This document shows positions 17,200 through 33,529 of a DNA stretch of 64,000 bases, in pieces. Every line of letters begins with the position of its first letter. Positions within the stretch are counted from its first letter, which is position 1. This stretch comes from the human T2T-CHM13v2.0 reference genome, Homo sapiens. Position numbers and translations under genes: made by a program. The notes under the pieces are model-generated. The model was not told the DNA's origin. It ran no database searches and saw only the letters and a list, made by a program, of their open reading frames with translations. Location: assembly GCF_009914755.1 (NCBI RefSeq), contig NC_060927.1. One strand, given 5' to 3'.

Positions 17200-17650
17200 G
17201 TGTAACAGTTAATACTTGCTGTTTAAGGAACTAATTAAACCTTACTGGCTTATAAAAAACAACCACCATTTTATTTGTTTGAAGTTCTGTGGATCTGCAC
17301 TTTGGTGTGGTGGGTTCAGCTGGGTAGTTAATATATTTGTGTTGCCTGGATCACAAAAAGGCCTCAGTCACCTGGTGCCTTGACTGAGCCTGGTTGGTTT
17401 AAGATAGTTTCCTTCACAATCTGGTGGTTTGTGGTGACTCTTGGCTAGGCCCTGTGTCTCCAACAGGGTAGCTCCAGACCTCTTCACAATTTCCCCCAAA
17501 AAGGAAAGAACCAATGGATATTTGCATCACATTTTCCATTTTCCATTCACTGGACAAGTCAGATTGAAAAGCCCAATTTATTGTCAGAGCATAATATGAG
17601 GGCTTGGATAGAAGGAAAGGTGTTATTGGGAAACATGAGTAGAATGGTGT
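17200..17650. mobile_element. MLT1-type MaLR LTR, old
   Basis: CTTACTGGCTTATAAAAACAACCACCATTTTATTT..TCTGTGG..TTCAGCTGGG pattern. Confidence 0.5.
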
Positions 17651-18644
17651 ACTGCAGGAAATACATATTATGTACATTTTAAAAAACGTAATTGTAGGCC
17701 AAAATTGCTGGTTTGCAAGATGCACTTTCCATGATGTTCAGGTATAGAAAAGCAAGATGTACTGTCATGGGAACACTCATATGAAGTTATTTGTGGAATC
17801 TACATATTAATAGGAAAATAGTTAATACAGCCCAGTATATTTCTATAACATTTATTTTAGTGAACTTATAATGTTTCTTTGTATTAAATTATTAGATTAT
17901 ATCTTTAGATAATATTGTTACTAAATTAGTAGGTAATATATATTTTTATTCAAAAATAAATTGTGCATCTAATGTCTACCAATTAATGTACTTGTAGATG
18001 TATCTTATCTTAACTTGAGTCTTTGCTGCCCCTAATGAGGTGTGAAGGACTCTTCTCCCCTGGGGAAGTTTTTCTTTTTCAGGAGGGAGGAGGGCTTTCC
18101 CAGGTAATGTGTCTAGAGTGTTGGGCAGAAGAATCTGGGACCACACCACACCAGTTCTCTCCTTAATCCACGTCATTTGCCTTCTATCCCAGCTATGTTT
18201 CCAGTGTCCTCTGGGTGTTTCCAAGAGCAACAAGAAACGAATAAATCTCTGGTGAGTTGTTTATTTGTTCTTCACTTTGTTTTACACTGTATTTTCTGAG
18301 TTTATGGGTGTCTGTGAATTAAAAAGGAAAAGTAGAAATAAGTAAAACTCAGGTTGAAGGAAATATACATAAATAAGATAAAGCTGACCTGTAGATATAG
18401 GCAGGTTATAAGAGCTTAGAGTTGTCTAAGTTGAGTGCAAATTTTCCTCTGATCTTTCTGATGCCGAGACAAAAAAGGCAGTCATGTTTGTTATGTGATT
18501 GGAATGGAACCCGAGAAGAGAGCATGCTGTGTTCTTGTGGGACAGGAAAGCTTGCGTGCACCAAGTCTGAACCACCACCTTCATTGGTGACATAGATTAT
18601 GTGCTGGAACATATTTCACACCGGCCTGGCAGTAAACACTTGTA

Positions 18645-18725
18645 GTGTTGTGCAGTGGAAACGGTCATCTTCCGCTAAAGCACGGCGTGTTGTGCAGCGG
18701 AAATGGTCATCTGCTGCTAAAGCAC
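18645..18725. repeat. Tandem duplication, ~42 bp x2
   Basis: GTGTTGTGCAG(T/C)GGAAA(C/T)GGTCATCT..GCTAAAGCAC occurs twice. Confidence 0.85.
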
Positions 18726-19068
18726 AGCTTCCATCGTAATGTATGTTCCTTGCTCAAAGAGTGTGGTCCCAAACAGCCTTTGGGAGGTCCTCCTTGATTC
18801 ATGGATGAAACCTGGAACATCTTGAGGACTGAGTTAACCATAGGTCCTTAAATAACTCTCCACACGTTTTTCTTAGTTTATCTCTACATGCAGGGTGTGC
18901 AGCAGCCTGTTCATAGTCATATTTTCTGGGAAATATTTCCAGTGTTTATTTGCACTTTAGCCCACTCTGTGTAGCCTTATTTCTTCTAAACTCACCATTA
19001 ACCTGAATAATAGTCAAATTTAGGGGGACTGTATTTGCCTTACTCGAGTCTTCTACCATAGTTGAAAC

Positions 19069-19675
19069 TGTCGTACCCGAGTGAGTTAGAGAGAAATGCC
19101 ACGCATTGAGACGAATTCAGGAGTCCTTTACTAGCCAGCGACTGAGACATGGCTAACGCACGAAATTCTCTCGGCCCCGAAGAAGGGACTAGATTTTCTT
19201 TTATACTTTGGTTTAGAGAGGGGATGGGGGATTCTAGCTGCAGCAACTTTACAGAAGAAAAAAACAGACAAAAAACTTAGAAAGACAGATGGTTACAGGA
19301 AAACAAACTGTTCCTGGTGTAGGGTCTTTAAATTCACCACAAAGTGATAGGTGAGGGGGCTCTGGGCATTATCTGCCGGACAAATGTGGGGGCTTTATGA
19401 TACTATCTCTGAGTAAATTGCTGGGAACTGGGGACATCTCTTGTCTCAGCACTTTATCAGTTAATTGCACGCTTTGATATGTTGAAAATCAGCTTGCACA
19501 AGTTAAAGTCCTTGAGGAAAGGGGGTGGGTAAGGAGTCCTTGATGTCTTGTTAATGAAGGAGCCAAATGGAGTTTGTCTGGTTTTCTCAGCTAAGGGAGA
19601 GTCTATTCATATTAAAAACAAGGTTAGCTGTCTAAGGAAGAGTCTATTCATGTTAATACAACGTTGGGTATTACA
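19069..19675 (-). mobile_element. Solo LTR (LTR6-like)
   Basis: TG..CA termini and 4-bp TSD AAAC (19065-19068, 19676-19679); resembles recalled LTR6A/B ends. Confidence 0.75.
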
Positions 19676-19716
19676 AAACGTCTGTTCATGATCTGGAAAT
19701 TCTTCTGTGTTAGTTC

Positions 19717-20115
19717 TGTTAAAAGAAAAACTTTAAAGGAGTTTAATTTAGCAATAAACGATTCATGAATCGGACAGTCCCCAGAATCACAGCAGATTCA
19801 CAGAGACTCCAGTGCAGTCATGTGGTGGAAGAAGATTTATAGACAAAAGGGAAGTGGCATACCGAAATCGGAAGTGAGGTACAGAAACAACTCAGCGTTT
19901 GCCTTGTTTGAACACATTTTGAACATTTGGCAGTGCCTGAGTGGTTGAAGTTTGGCCATTGGGATTGGCCAAGATGTAGCTGTTGTTCCAGGTGCATACT
20001 CTTAAGTTAGTTTTTCATTCTTGTATACCTATTAAGGTAGGTTGCAGTTCACCCACAAGGACTCATATATAGAATTATGGAGTCCTTCTCAGGCCATACT
20101 TAGTTCACTTTAACA
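19717..20115 (-). mobile_element. 3' LTR (MER57B-like)
   Basis: Minus strand begins TGTTAAAGTGAACTAAGTATGGCCTGAGAAGGACTCC; preceded by PPT AAAGGGAAGGCA. Confidence 0.85.
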
Positions 20116-20493
20116 ATGCCTTCCCTTTGGTTATTTTCTCAATTTTGAGAGATTGGCCGAAACTTCAGTCACTGGTGTCACTATTACCATTGCAAATGTA
20201 CTTACTTGGTTTAGAAACCCACTGGGAAATAGACCAGTGAGATTTGAAAAGGTGGAACAAGGACTTGAGTAGAAGGTATCTTCTTATGCTGGAACATCCT
20301 GTTTACAGGAGAAAAACAAAACCTGGTTTGTTCTAGGATTTATGTGTTTCCCTAGTCTTAGTTTGATTATGTTACATTTAGCATGAGTGACTCCATTTTG
20401 GTTTGGTTTGGTTTGGTCTGTTGGGACCTATTGCATGAGCTTAGTTCAAAACAATGGCCTCCCATAATTTTGCTTTAAAAATTCCTCCTTTTT

Positions 20494-20784
20494 GCTGGGT
20501 GTGGTGGCTCACACCTGTAATCCCAGCACTTTGGGAGCCTGAGGTGGGCAGATCACGAGGTCAGGAGATTGAGACCATCCTTGCTAATATGGTGAAACCC
20601 CATCTCTACTAAAAATACAAAAAATTAGCCAAGTGTGGTGGCGGGTGCCTGTATTCCCAGCTACTCAGGAGGCTGAGGCAGGAGAATGGCCTGAACCCGG
20701 GAGGCAGAGCTTGCAGTGAGCCGAGATCATGCCACTGCACTCCACTCTGGGGGACAGACCAAAACTCTGTCTTAGAAAAAAAAA
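20494..20784 (+). mobile_element. Alu (AluY-like)
   Basis: GAGATTGAGACCATCC and GAGCTTGCAGTGAG; TSD AAAAAT(T)CCTCCTTTT. Confidence 0.92.
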
Positions 20785-20860
20785 TCCTCCTTTTCAGTCA
20801 AGTTCTCACTTAGTTGAGAGTGTGACCAAAATGTAGGGCCTTAGCATCACTCTTAGTTAC

Positions 20861-22126
20861 CATTGTTTTGGGTTCCAGTTTTAGCATGTCATTCCCATTG
20901 TTTTGGGTTTCTGGTTTAGCACATCACTCCCATTGTTTTGGGTTCCGGTTTTAGCACGTCATTCCCATTGTTTTGGGTTTCTGGTTTAGCACGTCACTCT
21001 CATTGTTTTGGGTTCCTGTTTTAGCACGTCACTCCCATTGTTTTGGGTTCTGGTTTAGCACGTCACTCACATTGTTTTGGGTTCTGGTTTTAGCACCTCA
21101 CTCCCATTGTTTTGGGTTTCCAGGTTTTAGCACGTCACTCCCATTGTTTTGGGTTTCTGGTTTAGCACGTCACTCCCATTGTTTTGGGTGTCTGGTTTTA
21201 TCACGTCACTCCCATCGTTTTGGGTTTCTGGTGTAGCAGGACACTCCCATTGTTTTGGGTTTCTGGTTTTAGCACTTCACTCCCATTGTTTTGGGTTTCT
21301 GGTTTAGCAGGACCCTCCCATTGTTTTGGGTTTCTGGTTTTAGCATGTCACTCCCATTGTTTTGGGTTCCGGTTTTAGCACGTCACTCCCATTGTTTTGG
21401 GTTCCGGTTTAGCACGTCATTCCCATTGTTTTGGGTTCAGGTTTTAGCACATCACTCCCATTGTTTTGGGTATCTGGTTTTAGCATGTCACTCCCATTGT
21501 TTTGTGTATCTGGTTTTAGCACCTCACTCCCATTGTTTTGGGTTTCCAGGTTTTAGCACGTCACTCCCATTGTTTTGGGTTTCTGGTTTATCATGTCACT
21601 CTCATTGTTTTGGGTTTCTGGTTTAGCAGGACGCTCCCATTGTTTTGGGTTTCTGGTTTTACACGTCACTCCCATTGTTTTGGGTTTCTGGTTTAGCAGG
21701 ACACTCCCATTGTTTTGGGTTTCTGCTTTAGCAGGTCACTACCATTGTTTTGGGTTCCCGTTTAAGCACATCACTCCCATTGTTTTGGGTTCCGGTTTTA
21801 GCACATCACTCCCATTGTTTTGGATTTCTGGTTTAGCAGGTCACTCCCATTGTTTTCGGTTCTGGTTTAAGCACATCACTCCCGTTGTTTTGGGTTCTGG
21901 TTTTAGCACCTCACTCCCATTGTTTGGGTTTCTGGTTTTGCAGGTCACTCCCATTGTTTTGGGTTCCAGTTTAAGCACATCACTCCCATTGTTTTCGTTT
22001 CCGGTTTTAGCACGTCACTCCCATTGTTTTGGGTTCCAGTTTTAGCAAGTCACTCCCATTGTTTTGGGTTTCTGGTTTAGCATGTCACTCCCATTGTTTT
22101 GGGTTTCCAGTTTAGCATGTCACTCA
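20861..22126. repeat. 35-bp tandem satellite (HSAT4-like), ~36 units
   Basis: Unit CCCATTGTTTTGGGTTTCTGGTTTTAGCACGTCACT with variants; the HSAT4 name is from recalled consensus. Confidence 0.9.
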
Positions 22127-23428
22127 TAGGTTATGGTGGCCTTATGGTTGCACATTTTTTTTAATCTCTTGTCATTCCAGTTGAAGAGATACCATTTGAC
22201 ATTTTAGAGATGGCTGCATGCAAACTCTTGAAACATTTGAGTAAGTACAGTACACCAGGGAGACTCTTATGACTATTGGGATAACACCAAGATGTGGTAT
22301 ATGCTCCTTACTCAGGGTCCCCATAAATCAAACCACCAAAAATCAAATAGATTAAAGAATGAATTAGATAAAGGGTTTACTTGCTTAACTAAGTGGTTTT
22401 TTTTGTTAATTCCCTACAACCAAATCTTTATAATACCCCATGTTTTCTCCACATGCTGTAAGTGTTAGCAGCTGCACAGATACTTAAGATAAGAGTCTCA
22501 TGATAGTAGAGAAGTCTTGATCTGTGATCTTGGGAAAAGCTGTTCACATTAAGGATGCCATCTTCTTCTGGGGGGAACTGTCCGTGTTAGCTTTACCTTA
22601 AGGGTTCCAATAGGCATATGGTTCTGAGTGTGGAGGGACCCTTCTGAGTTGTGAGACTATGAACCCAAAGTTTAAGGTTTTAAAGTTTTGTTGTCATGTG
22701 GATGGCGAGGGCAGTCCTTCTCTGATGTTCTCAGAAGATCCAGTCATCAGATTCTAGATTTTGAAGGGTTTGACTGTCCTCAGTGAACCATAAAAGGCTT
22801 TCTTTACCTGGTGAAAATACACTTCAGGGTAATAATCTACTGTTTTAACATCAACTCTCTCGCATGGAAGAGCTTTTATACAATCAGAAAACATGCACTG
22901 AAAATGACAACTGAATGAAATCCCTTTATAAAATGTTTAAATGGCCCATCAGATAACCAAATGTACCTGAAGTTTTGATTGTTTTCCTAGGAATATAGGT
23001 TTCACAAACCAAACATTGGTTATAAACTATTTTAGCAGTTTAGAAATCACCACACCAATATATTTAATTTGGATCGTTTTCTCTTTCTGTGATGAGTTAT
23101 GGAATGCAGAACTTTTAATAACAAAAGTTTTTAGGACTTAAGAAGGATAAGGTGGCCATCCTGGTTCTTCATAGGTCTGTGCTTAATTAACATCAGACTT
23201 ACATCCTCTTGAATACCAGCTGTTTCTCCAAATTAGGTGCATGGCACTGGTAACTGATGAGTAGTTATAGGTAATTTGATTTAGACCATGGAGTTTATTT
23301 AAATTATATATCTAAACAATTTCAATATTGGTGATTTAGCATGAAAATGTGGCAAAATATTTCCTTGGTATACAATTTTTGTTTTACTTGGGTTAGCAGT
23401 TTTACAAACCAGTTGGTCTTTTTATTAA

Positions 23429-23728
<300 letters not shown>

Positions 23729-24032
23729 TAACTGTTGAGAATTCTTAGCCAGTCCAATTCTTGGGGTATCGGGGAACTTATGGGGAATTTTTACCCATGA
23801 TATTAAAGTTATTAGAAATCTGTGTTCACGAGTGTTTTTCAGGGTCATTTTCATTCTTTCATGAATCTTCTAAGAGACACCATACTCTAGAATTTTGCAT
23901 GCTTGTGAAGTTTTTAGAAACTGCATCACCATTAAGCAATTAACTGTGAAATGACTTTAGTTATAGTTAAAGACAATTGACAAGGAAATTTGGTTATTTC
24001 TGTGGTCTACAATAACTTAATAACCATAATTA

Positions 24033-24412
<380 letters not shown>

Positions 24413-24886
24413 TTATTTTGACAGTGCTACCCATGTGACTTAACATGTTAAATAGTCCTGTTTACCTCTCCTTTGGGTGCTTCAGGGGTCTCTGTAGTAT
24501 CCCAAAATTAGAGGTCAGAAAAGACAATTTTGAAGTTGAAATTTGATTTTGGGAAGCCTATTAAATATATTAAAGGTTTAAACACTTGATGTTATGAAAT
24601 AGAATTCCACGTCACCGTAAGTCATTCATTTACCAAAAATCATGACAAAAAATTTTTATTATTTTTTTATTTTTATTTTTTATTATACTTTTAGTTTTAG
24701 GGTACATGTGCACATTGTGCAGGTTAGTTACATATGTATACATCTGCCATGCTGGTGTGCTGCACCCACTAACTCGTCATCTAGCATTAGGTATATCTCC
24801 CAATGCTATCCCTCCCCCCTCCCCCCACACCACAACAGTCCCCAGAGTGTGATATTCCCCTTCCTGTGTCCATGTGATCTCATTGT

Positions 24887-28709
<3,823 letters not shown>

Positions 28710-28772
28710 TATGATGTTAGCTGGTTATTTTGCTCGTTAGTTAATGCAGTTTCTTCCTAGTCTCGATGGTGT

Positions 28773-29781
28773 TTACATTTTGGCATGATTTTGCAGCGGC
28801 TGGTACCAGTTGATCCTTTCCATGTTTAGTGCTTCCTTCAGGAGCTCTTGTAAGGCAGGCCTGGTCGTGACAAAATCTCTCAGCATTTGCTTGTCTGTAA
28901 AGTATTTTATTTCTCCTTTGCTTATGAAGCTTAGCTTGGCTGGATATGAAATTCTGGGTTGAAAATTCTTTTCTTTAAGAATGTTGAATATTGGCCCCCA
29001 CTCTCTTCTGGCTTGTAGGGTTTCTGCTGAGAGATCCGCTGTTAGTCTGATGGGCTTCCCTTTGAGGGTAACCCGACCTTTCTCTCTGGCTGCCCTTAAC
29101 ATTTTTTCCTTCATTTCAACTTTGGTGAATCTGACAATTATGTGTCTTGGAGTTGCTCTTCTCGAGGAGTATCTTTGTGGCGTTCTCTGTATTTTCTGAA
29201 TCTGAATGTTGGCCTGCCTTGCTAGATTGGGGAAGTTCTCCTGGATAATATCCTGCAGTGTTTTCCAACTTGGTTCCATTCTCCCTATCACTTTCAGGTA
29301 CACCAATCAGATGTAGATTTGGTCTTTTCACATAGTCCCATATTTCTTGGAGGCTTTGCTCATTTCTTTTTATTCTTTTTTCTCTAAACTTCCCTTCTCA
29401 TTTCATTTCATTCATTTCATCTTCCATCGCTGATACCCTTTCTTCCAGTTGATCGCATCGGCTCCTGAGGCTTCTGCATTCTTCACGTAGTTCTCGAGCC
29501 TTCGTTTTCAGCTCCATCAGCTCCTTTAAGAACTTCTCTCTATTGGTTATTCTAGTTATACATTCTTCTAAATTTTTTTCAAAGTTTTCAACTTTGCCTT
29601 TGGTTTGAATGTCCTGCCATAGCTCAGAGTAATTTGTTCATCTGAAGCCTTCTCTCAGCTCGTCAAAGTCATTCTCCATCCAGCTTTGTTCCGTTGCTGG
29701 TGAGGAACTGCATTCCTTTGGAGGAGGAGAGGTGCTCTGCTTTTTAGAGTTTCCAGTTTTTCTGTTCTGTTTTTTCCCCAT
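28773..29781 (-). pseudogene. L1 ORF1p, disrupted
   Basis: ATGGGGAAAAAACAG start; REKG, ARR and YPAKLS motifs; frameshift near 29260. Confidence 0.92.
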
Positions 29782-30364
29782 CTTTGTGGTTTTATCTACT
29801 TTTGGTCTTTGATGATGGTGATGTACACATGGGTTCTTGGTGTGGATGTCCTTTCTGTTTTTTAGTTTTCCTTCTAACAGACAGTACCCTCAGTTTCAGG
29901 TCTGTTGGAGTTTTCTAGAGGCCCATTCCCGACCCTGTTTGCCTGGGTATCAGCAGTGGTGTCTGCAAAACCGTGGATTTTCATGATCCATGAATGCTGC
30001 TGTCTGATCGTTCCTCTGGAAGTTTTGTCTCAGAGGAGTACCTGGTCGTGTGAGGTGTCAGTCTGCCCCTGCTAGGGGGCGCCTCCCAGTTAGGCTGCTC
30101 GGTGGTCAGGGGTCAGGGACCCACTTGAGGAGGCAGTCTGCCCATTCTCAGATCTCCAGCTGCGTGCTGGGAGAACCACTGCTCTCCTCAAAGCTGTCAG
30201 ACAGGGACATTTAAGTCTGCAGAGGTTACTGCTGTCTTTTTGTTTGTCTGTGTCCTGCCCCCAGAGGTGGAGCCTGCAGAGGCAGGCAGGCCTCCTTGAG
30301 CTGTGGTGGGCTCCACCCAGTTCGAGCTTCCAGGCTGCTTTGTTTACCTAAGAGAGCCTGGGCA

Positions 30365-30598
30365 ATGGCCGGTGCCCCTCCCCCAGCCTCGCTGCTGCCT
30401 TGCAGTTTGATCTCAGACTGCTGTGTTAGCAATCATCGAGACTCCGTGGGCATAGGACCTTCCGAGCCAGGTGCGGGATATAATCTCGTGGTGTGCCGTT
30501 TCCTAAGCCCGTCAGAAAAGCTCAGTATTAGGGTGGCAGTGGCCCGATTTTCCAGGTGCCATCTGTCACCCCTTTCCTTGACCAGGAAAGGGAACTAA
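30365..30598 (+). CDS. L1 ORF0-like antisense ORF, 77 aa, open
   Basis: MAGAPPPASLLPCSLISDCCVSNHRDSVG.. matches the known primate L1 ORF0 N-terminus; ATG context GCAATGG; expression unknown. Confidence 0.55.
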   Translation: MAGAPPPASLLPCSLISDCCVSNHRDSVGIGPSEPGAGYNLVVCRFLSPSEKLSIRVAVARFSRCHLSPLSLTRKGN

Positions 30599-30917
30599 CT
30601 TCCTGACCCCTTGCGCTTCCCGAGTGAGGCAATGTCTTGCCCTGCTTTGGCTAGTGCACAGTGCACTTCACCCACTGTCCTGCACCCACTGTCTGGCACT
30701 CCCTAGTGAGATGAACCCAGTACCTCAAATGGAAATGCAGAAATCACCCATCTTCTGCATCGCTCATGCTGGGAGCTGTAGACCGGAGCTGTTCCTATTC
30801 GGCCATCTTGGCTCCTCCTCCCATTATTTTTTAATATTTTCTGAAAATCTTCTTTAAAGAGAGAAAGCCAAATGTCACCCACTTTTTCATAAAACCTTAC
30901 AGGCAAATCTATTATTC

Positions 30918-31208
30918 TTTTCTTTTTTGAGATGGATTTTCCCTCTTGTTGCCCAGGCTGGAGTGCAATGGTGCGATCTCGGTTTACTGCAACCCCCTGC
31001 CTCCCAGGTTCAAGTGATTCTCCGGCCCCAGCCTCCTGAGTAGCTGGGATTAGAGGCATGCCCCACCATGCCCAGCTAATTTTGTGTTTTTAGTAGAGAC
31101 GGGGTTTTTCCTTGTTGGTCAGGCTGGCCTTGAACTCCTGACCTCATGTGATCCACCTGCCTCAGCCTCCCCAAGTGTTGGGATTACAGCTGTGAGCCTG
31201 CCCCGGGC
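30918..31208 (-). mobile_element. Alu (AluSp/Sq-like)
   Basis: CTCTTGTTGCCCAGGCTGGAGTGCAATGG, reverse dimer. Confidence 0.92.
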
Positions 31209-32147
31209 CATTTTTTTTTAAAGATAGCGTCTTGCTCTGTCACCCTCCTCACCACATTATAGCTCTGGGGGCCAAGCTGCATCAAAATGGAAATCATGGA
31301 GCCACAGGAAGAATCCACTTAGCTTTGCAAGATGCTGCCCAAGGGGTTGCTTGGAGTAACCAAATTAACATTTTTCATTCTGCTCAGAGCAAAATATATG
31401 TGACAAAACATAGACACGAGCCACTTTGCTTAGCACCCAGTGTCAAACTGGTAAGACTCAAACTTGCTCCCAGATAGGCCATGCCATCTCTAAATCTTTT
31501 TAGAAGCTTCTGCATGTTAATAGGCATCCCTAGATGAGACTAATTTGGGAGCCATCATTTTTAAATGCACTTCAGGGCATTATTCATTTGGAATGTTACA
31601 CTATAAGTTATCTTTAGTAAGATTTTGCCATTTCTCTAAGACTTTGCTGCTTCCCAGGCCTAATGAATTAGCCAGAAAGAACTTAGTTTTCCAGAAATTA
31701 AGGATCCTATTTTTACCTAATATATTGGCTTTACTCTCAGGTTCCCTTGATTGACTTAGCCAATGATTTTTTTTCCTACCTAAGCGTGTGAGGAAAATGA
31801 AACAAAGGGGCAGAACACAAAAATCCCCGTGAATTTCCAAAAGCCAAATTTTACAACCCTCCAATATTATCATTTACTACCACTTTCCTTCTGACCCATT
31901 CAGATGTAGGAGGCCTCTAACTGGAACTGGATTCAAGCCAGTTAATTACTGGATCAAATCTGATCCTGGACCCGGTCCCGTTTCTGTCATAACTTCTAAA
32001 ACATCCAGCTAGTCATGGCTGGATAGCAGTTTGGAACAGAAATTTGCTCAGAGAAACTCAGCTCAAAACACAAATTCATGGAGCTCTGAAATCCGAGAGA
32101 GAATTTACCACGATCCCCAGATGCTCTGAGAGGTCAAAGGGCACAAG

Positions 32148-33409
32148 TGTTACAGAATCCTGAGGCGTCACTTTTCTGCCTGAAACCTCTGGCTGGTGGC
32201 GCCTTTACCTGTGTTTTGCTCGGGCCCACTGGGTTCGTTCTGTCCACTTGGCTCATGCTAGTGGTCTGGATCCCACACCTGCCAAGGGTGAGCTGGGTAC
32301 AGAGCAGTGAAGGGTGTGTGAGCAAGCGAGCATGGGATCTGGCCACTGCACACAGCCAAGCATGCCAGCTGCAGTGGGGTGGGCAGCTCCAGGCACCGCC
32401 ACAGGTGCCAGCTCCCTGTGAGGCTGCAGCTGGACCAGGCTGACTGCAAACAGCTTCCACTGTGGGTATCAGGGAATGCAGCGGTGCCTGGAAGCTTCGA
32501 GATGCAGGAACTGCAGAGCCCCAAATAAGGTGTCACAGCCCTGGCTTGGGGAGCTCCTAGGTCTGGGCTCCCTGAAGGGCCACAGCTCTTCTCTCCTTCT
32601 CTCTTCTCTTCTTCTTGCCTGCAATTTGGCAAGCAAGGGGTGCGTTTCAGCCCTGTTTATGTTACACCTCTTTCAGCCCTGCTAGTTGGCAGGTCCCGAG
32701 TTCTTGTCCTGAGTCCAGGAAGAATGAGGTATGTGGGCAAGTAGAAGGTGAGCAAGGTGAAGAGGTGCTTTATTGAGCAACAGTACAGCTCAGAGGAGAC
32801 GTGCAGTGGGTAGCTCCTTTCGGCAGGCAGGTCATCCCAATGTCTGTTCAGCTCTCAGCAGCTGAGAGAGATGCATGGTAGTTAGCTATGCCCACAGTGC
32901 CCAGGCTTTTCGAGCTGAGGAGTGCCTTCAAGCCAGTGCTGAGCCACTCTTAGCCCCACCTCAACGTCCCTCCTGTGCTCATCAGTTCCCAAAGTGTGGA
33001 GGGGGCCGAGGTGGCAGGGGGCTGGCATGTCAGCACTGCCCTGAGCTTGCACAAACTGGGCTGGGTTGCGACTGTGCCTGGGTTCAACCTCAATTTGGAT
33101 CCGAAGTTGGAGTGGGCTCTGGGAGTGGAGACATGCCAGGTGGTGGGAGCAGGTATGACTGGGCCTGCGGGGGCAGGGGGGCTTGCTGGGCCTCTGAGAG
33201 TGCAAAGATGCCCGGGTTTGCTGTCATGGGTGGATGGCTGCAGCTGTGCCTGGGAGGGTGGGGCTCCTGCCTGCCAATTTAGAAGGGGTGGGTCTCTCAC
33301 CTGTTCCTGGCTCCCACTAACTTTGAGGAGTTCACAGCCCCAGCCACTCCTCCCCACTGCAGCCAGTGTCTCCGTAGCAACTGCTCCACATGGGCCACTG
33401 CTGCCATCA
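32148..33409 (-). mobile_element. MER52-type LTR
   Basis: Minus strand TGATGGCAGCAGTGGCCC..TGTAACA; GC-rich; homologous to 8930-9457. Confidence 0.78.
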
Positions 33410-33529
33410 TAGAGCGGTCCTTGCAGGTGCCTTTCTTGTACCTCAGCACTCCTGGGGGTCATTAGAAGCCCTAGCAACACTGCTCACCACACTATAGCTA
33501 CGGAGGCCCTAGCAGTCCTGCTCCCACAG

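Noticed and set aside
20973-22045. Repetitive hydrophobic ORFs (HSHCFGF, TSLPLFWV)
   Set aside because: Translations of the 35-bp satellite.
20861-22126. CRISPR-like appearance of ~35-bp repeats (also the CER and CACTGACC tracts)
   Set aside because: Units are head-to-tail with no unique spacers, no cas genes are present, and the DNA is primate.
32134-33480. Multiple overlapping 100-176 aa ORFs (likewise 8916-9459)
   Set aside because: They lie within GC-rich MER52 LTRs on both strands.
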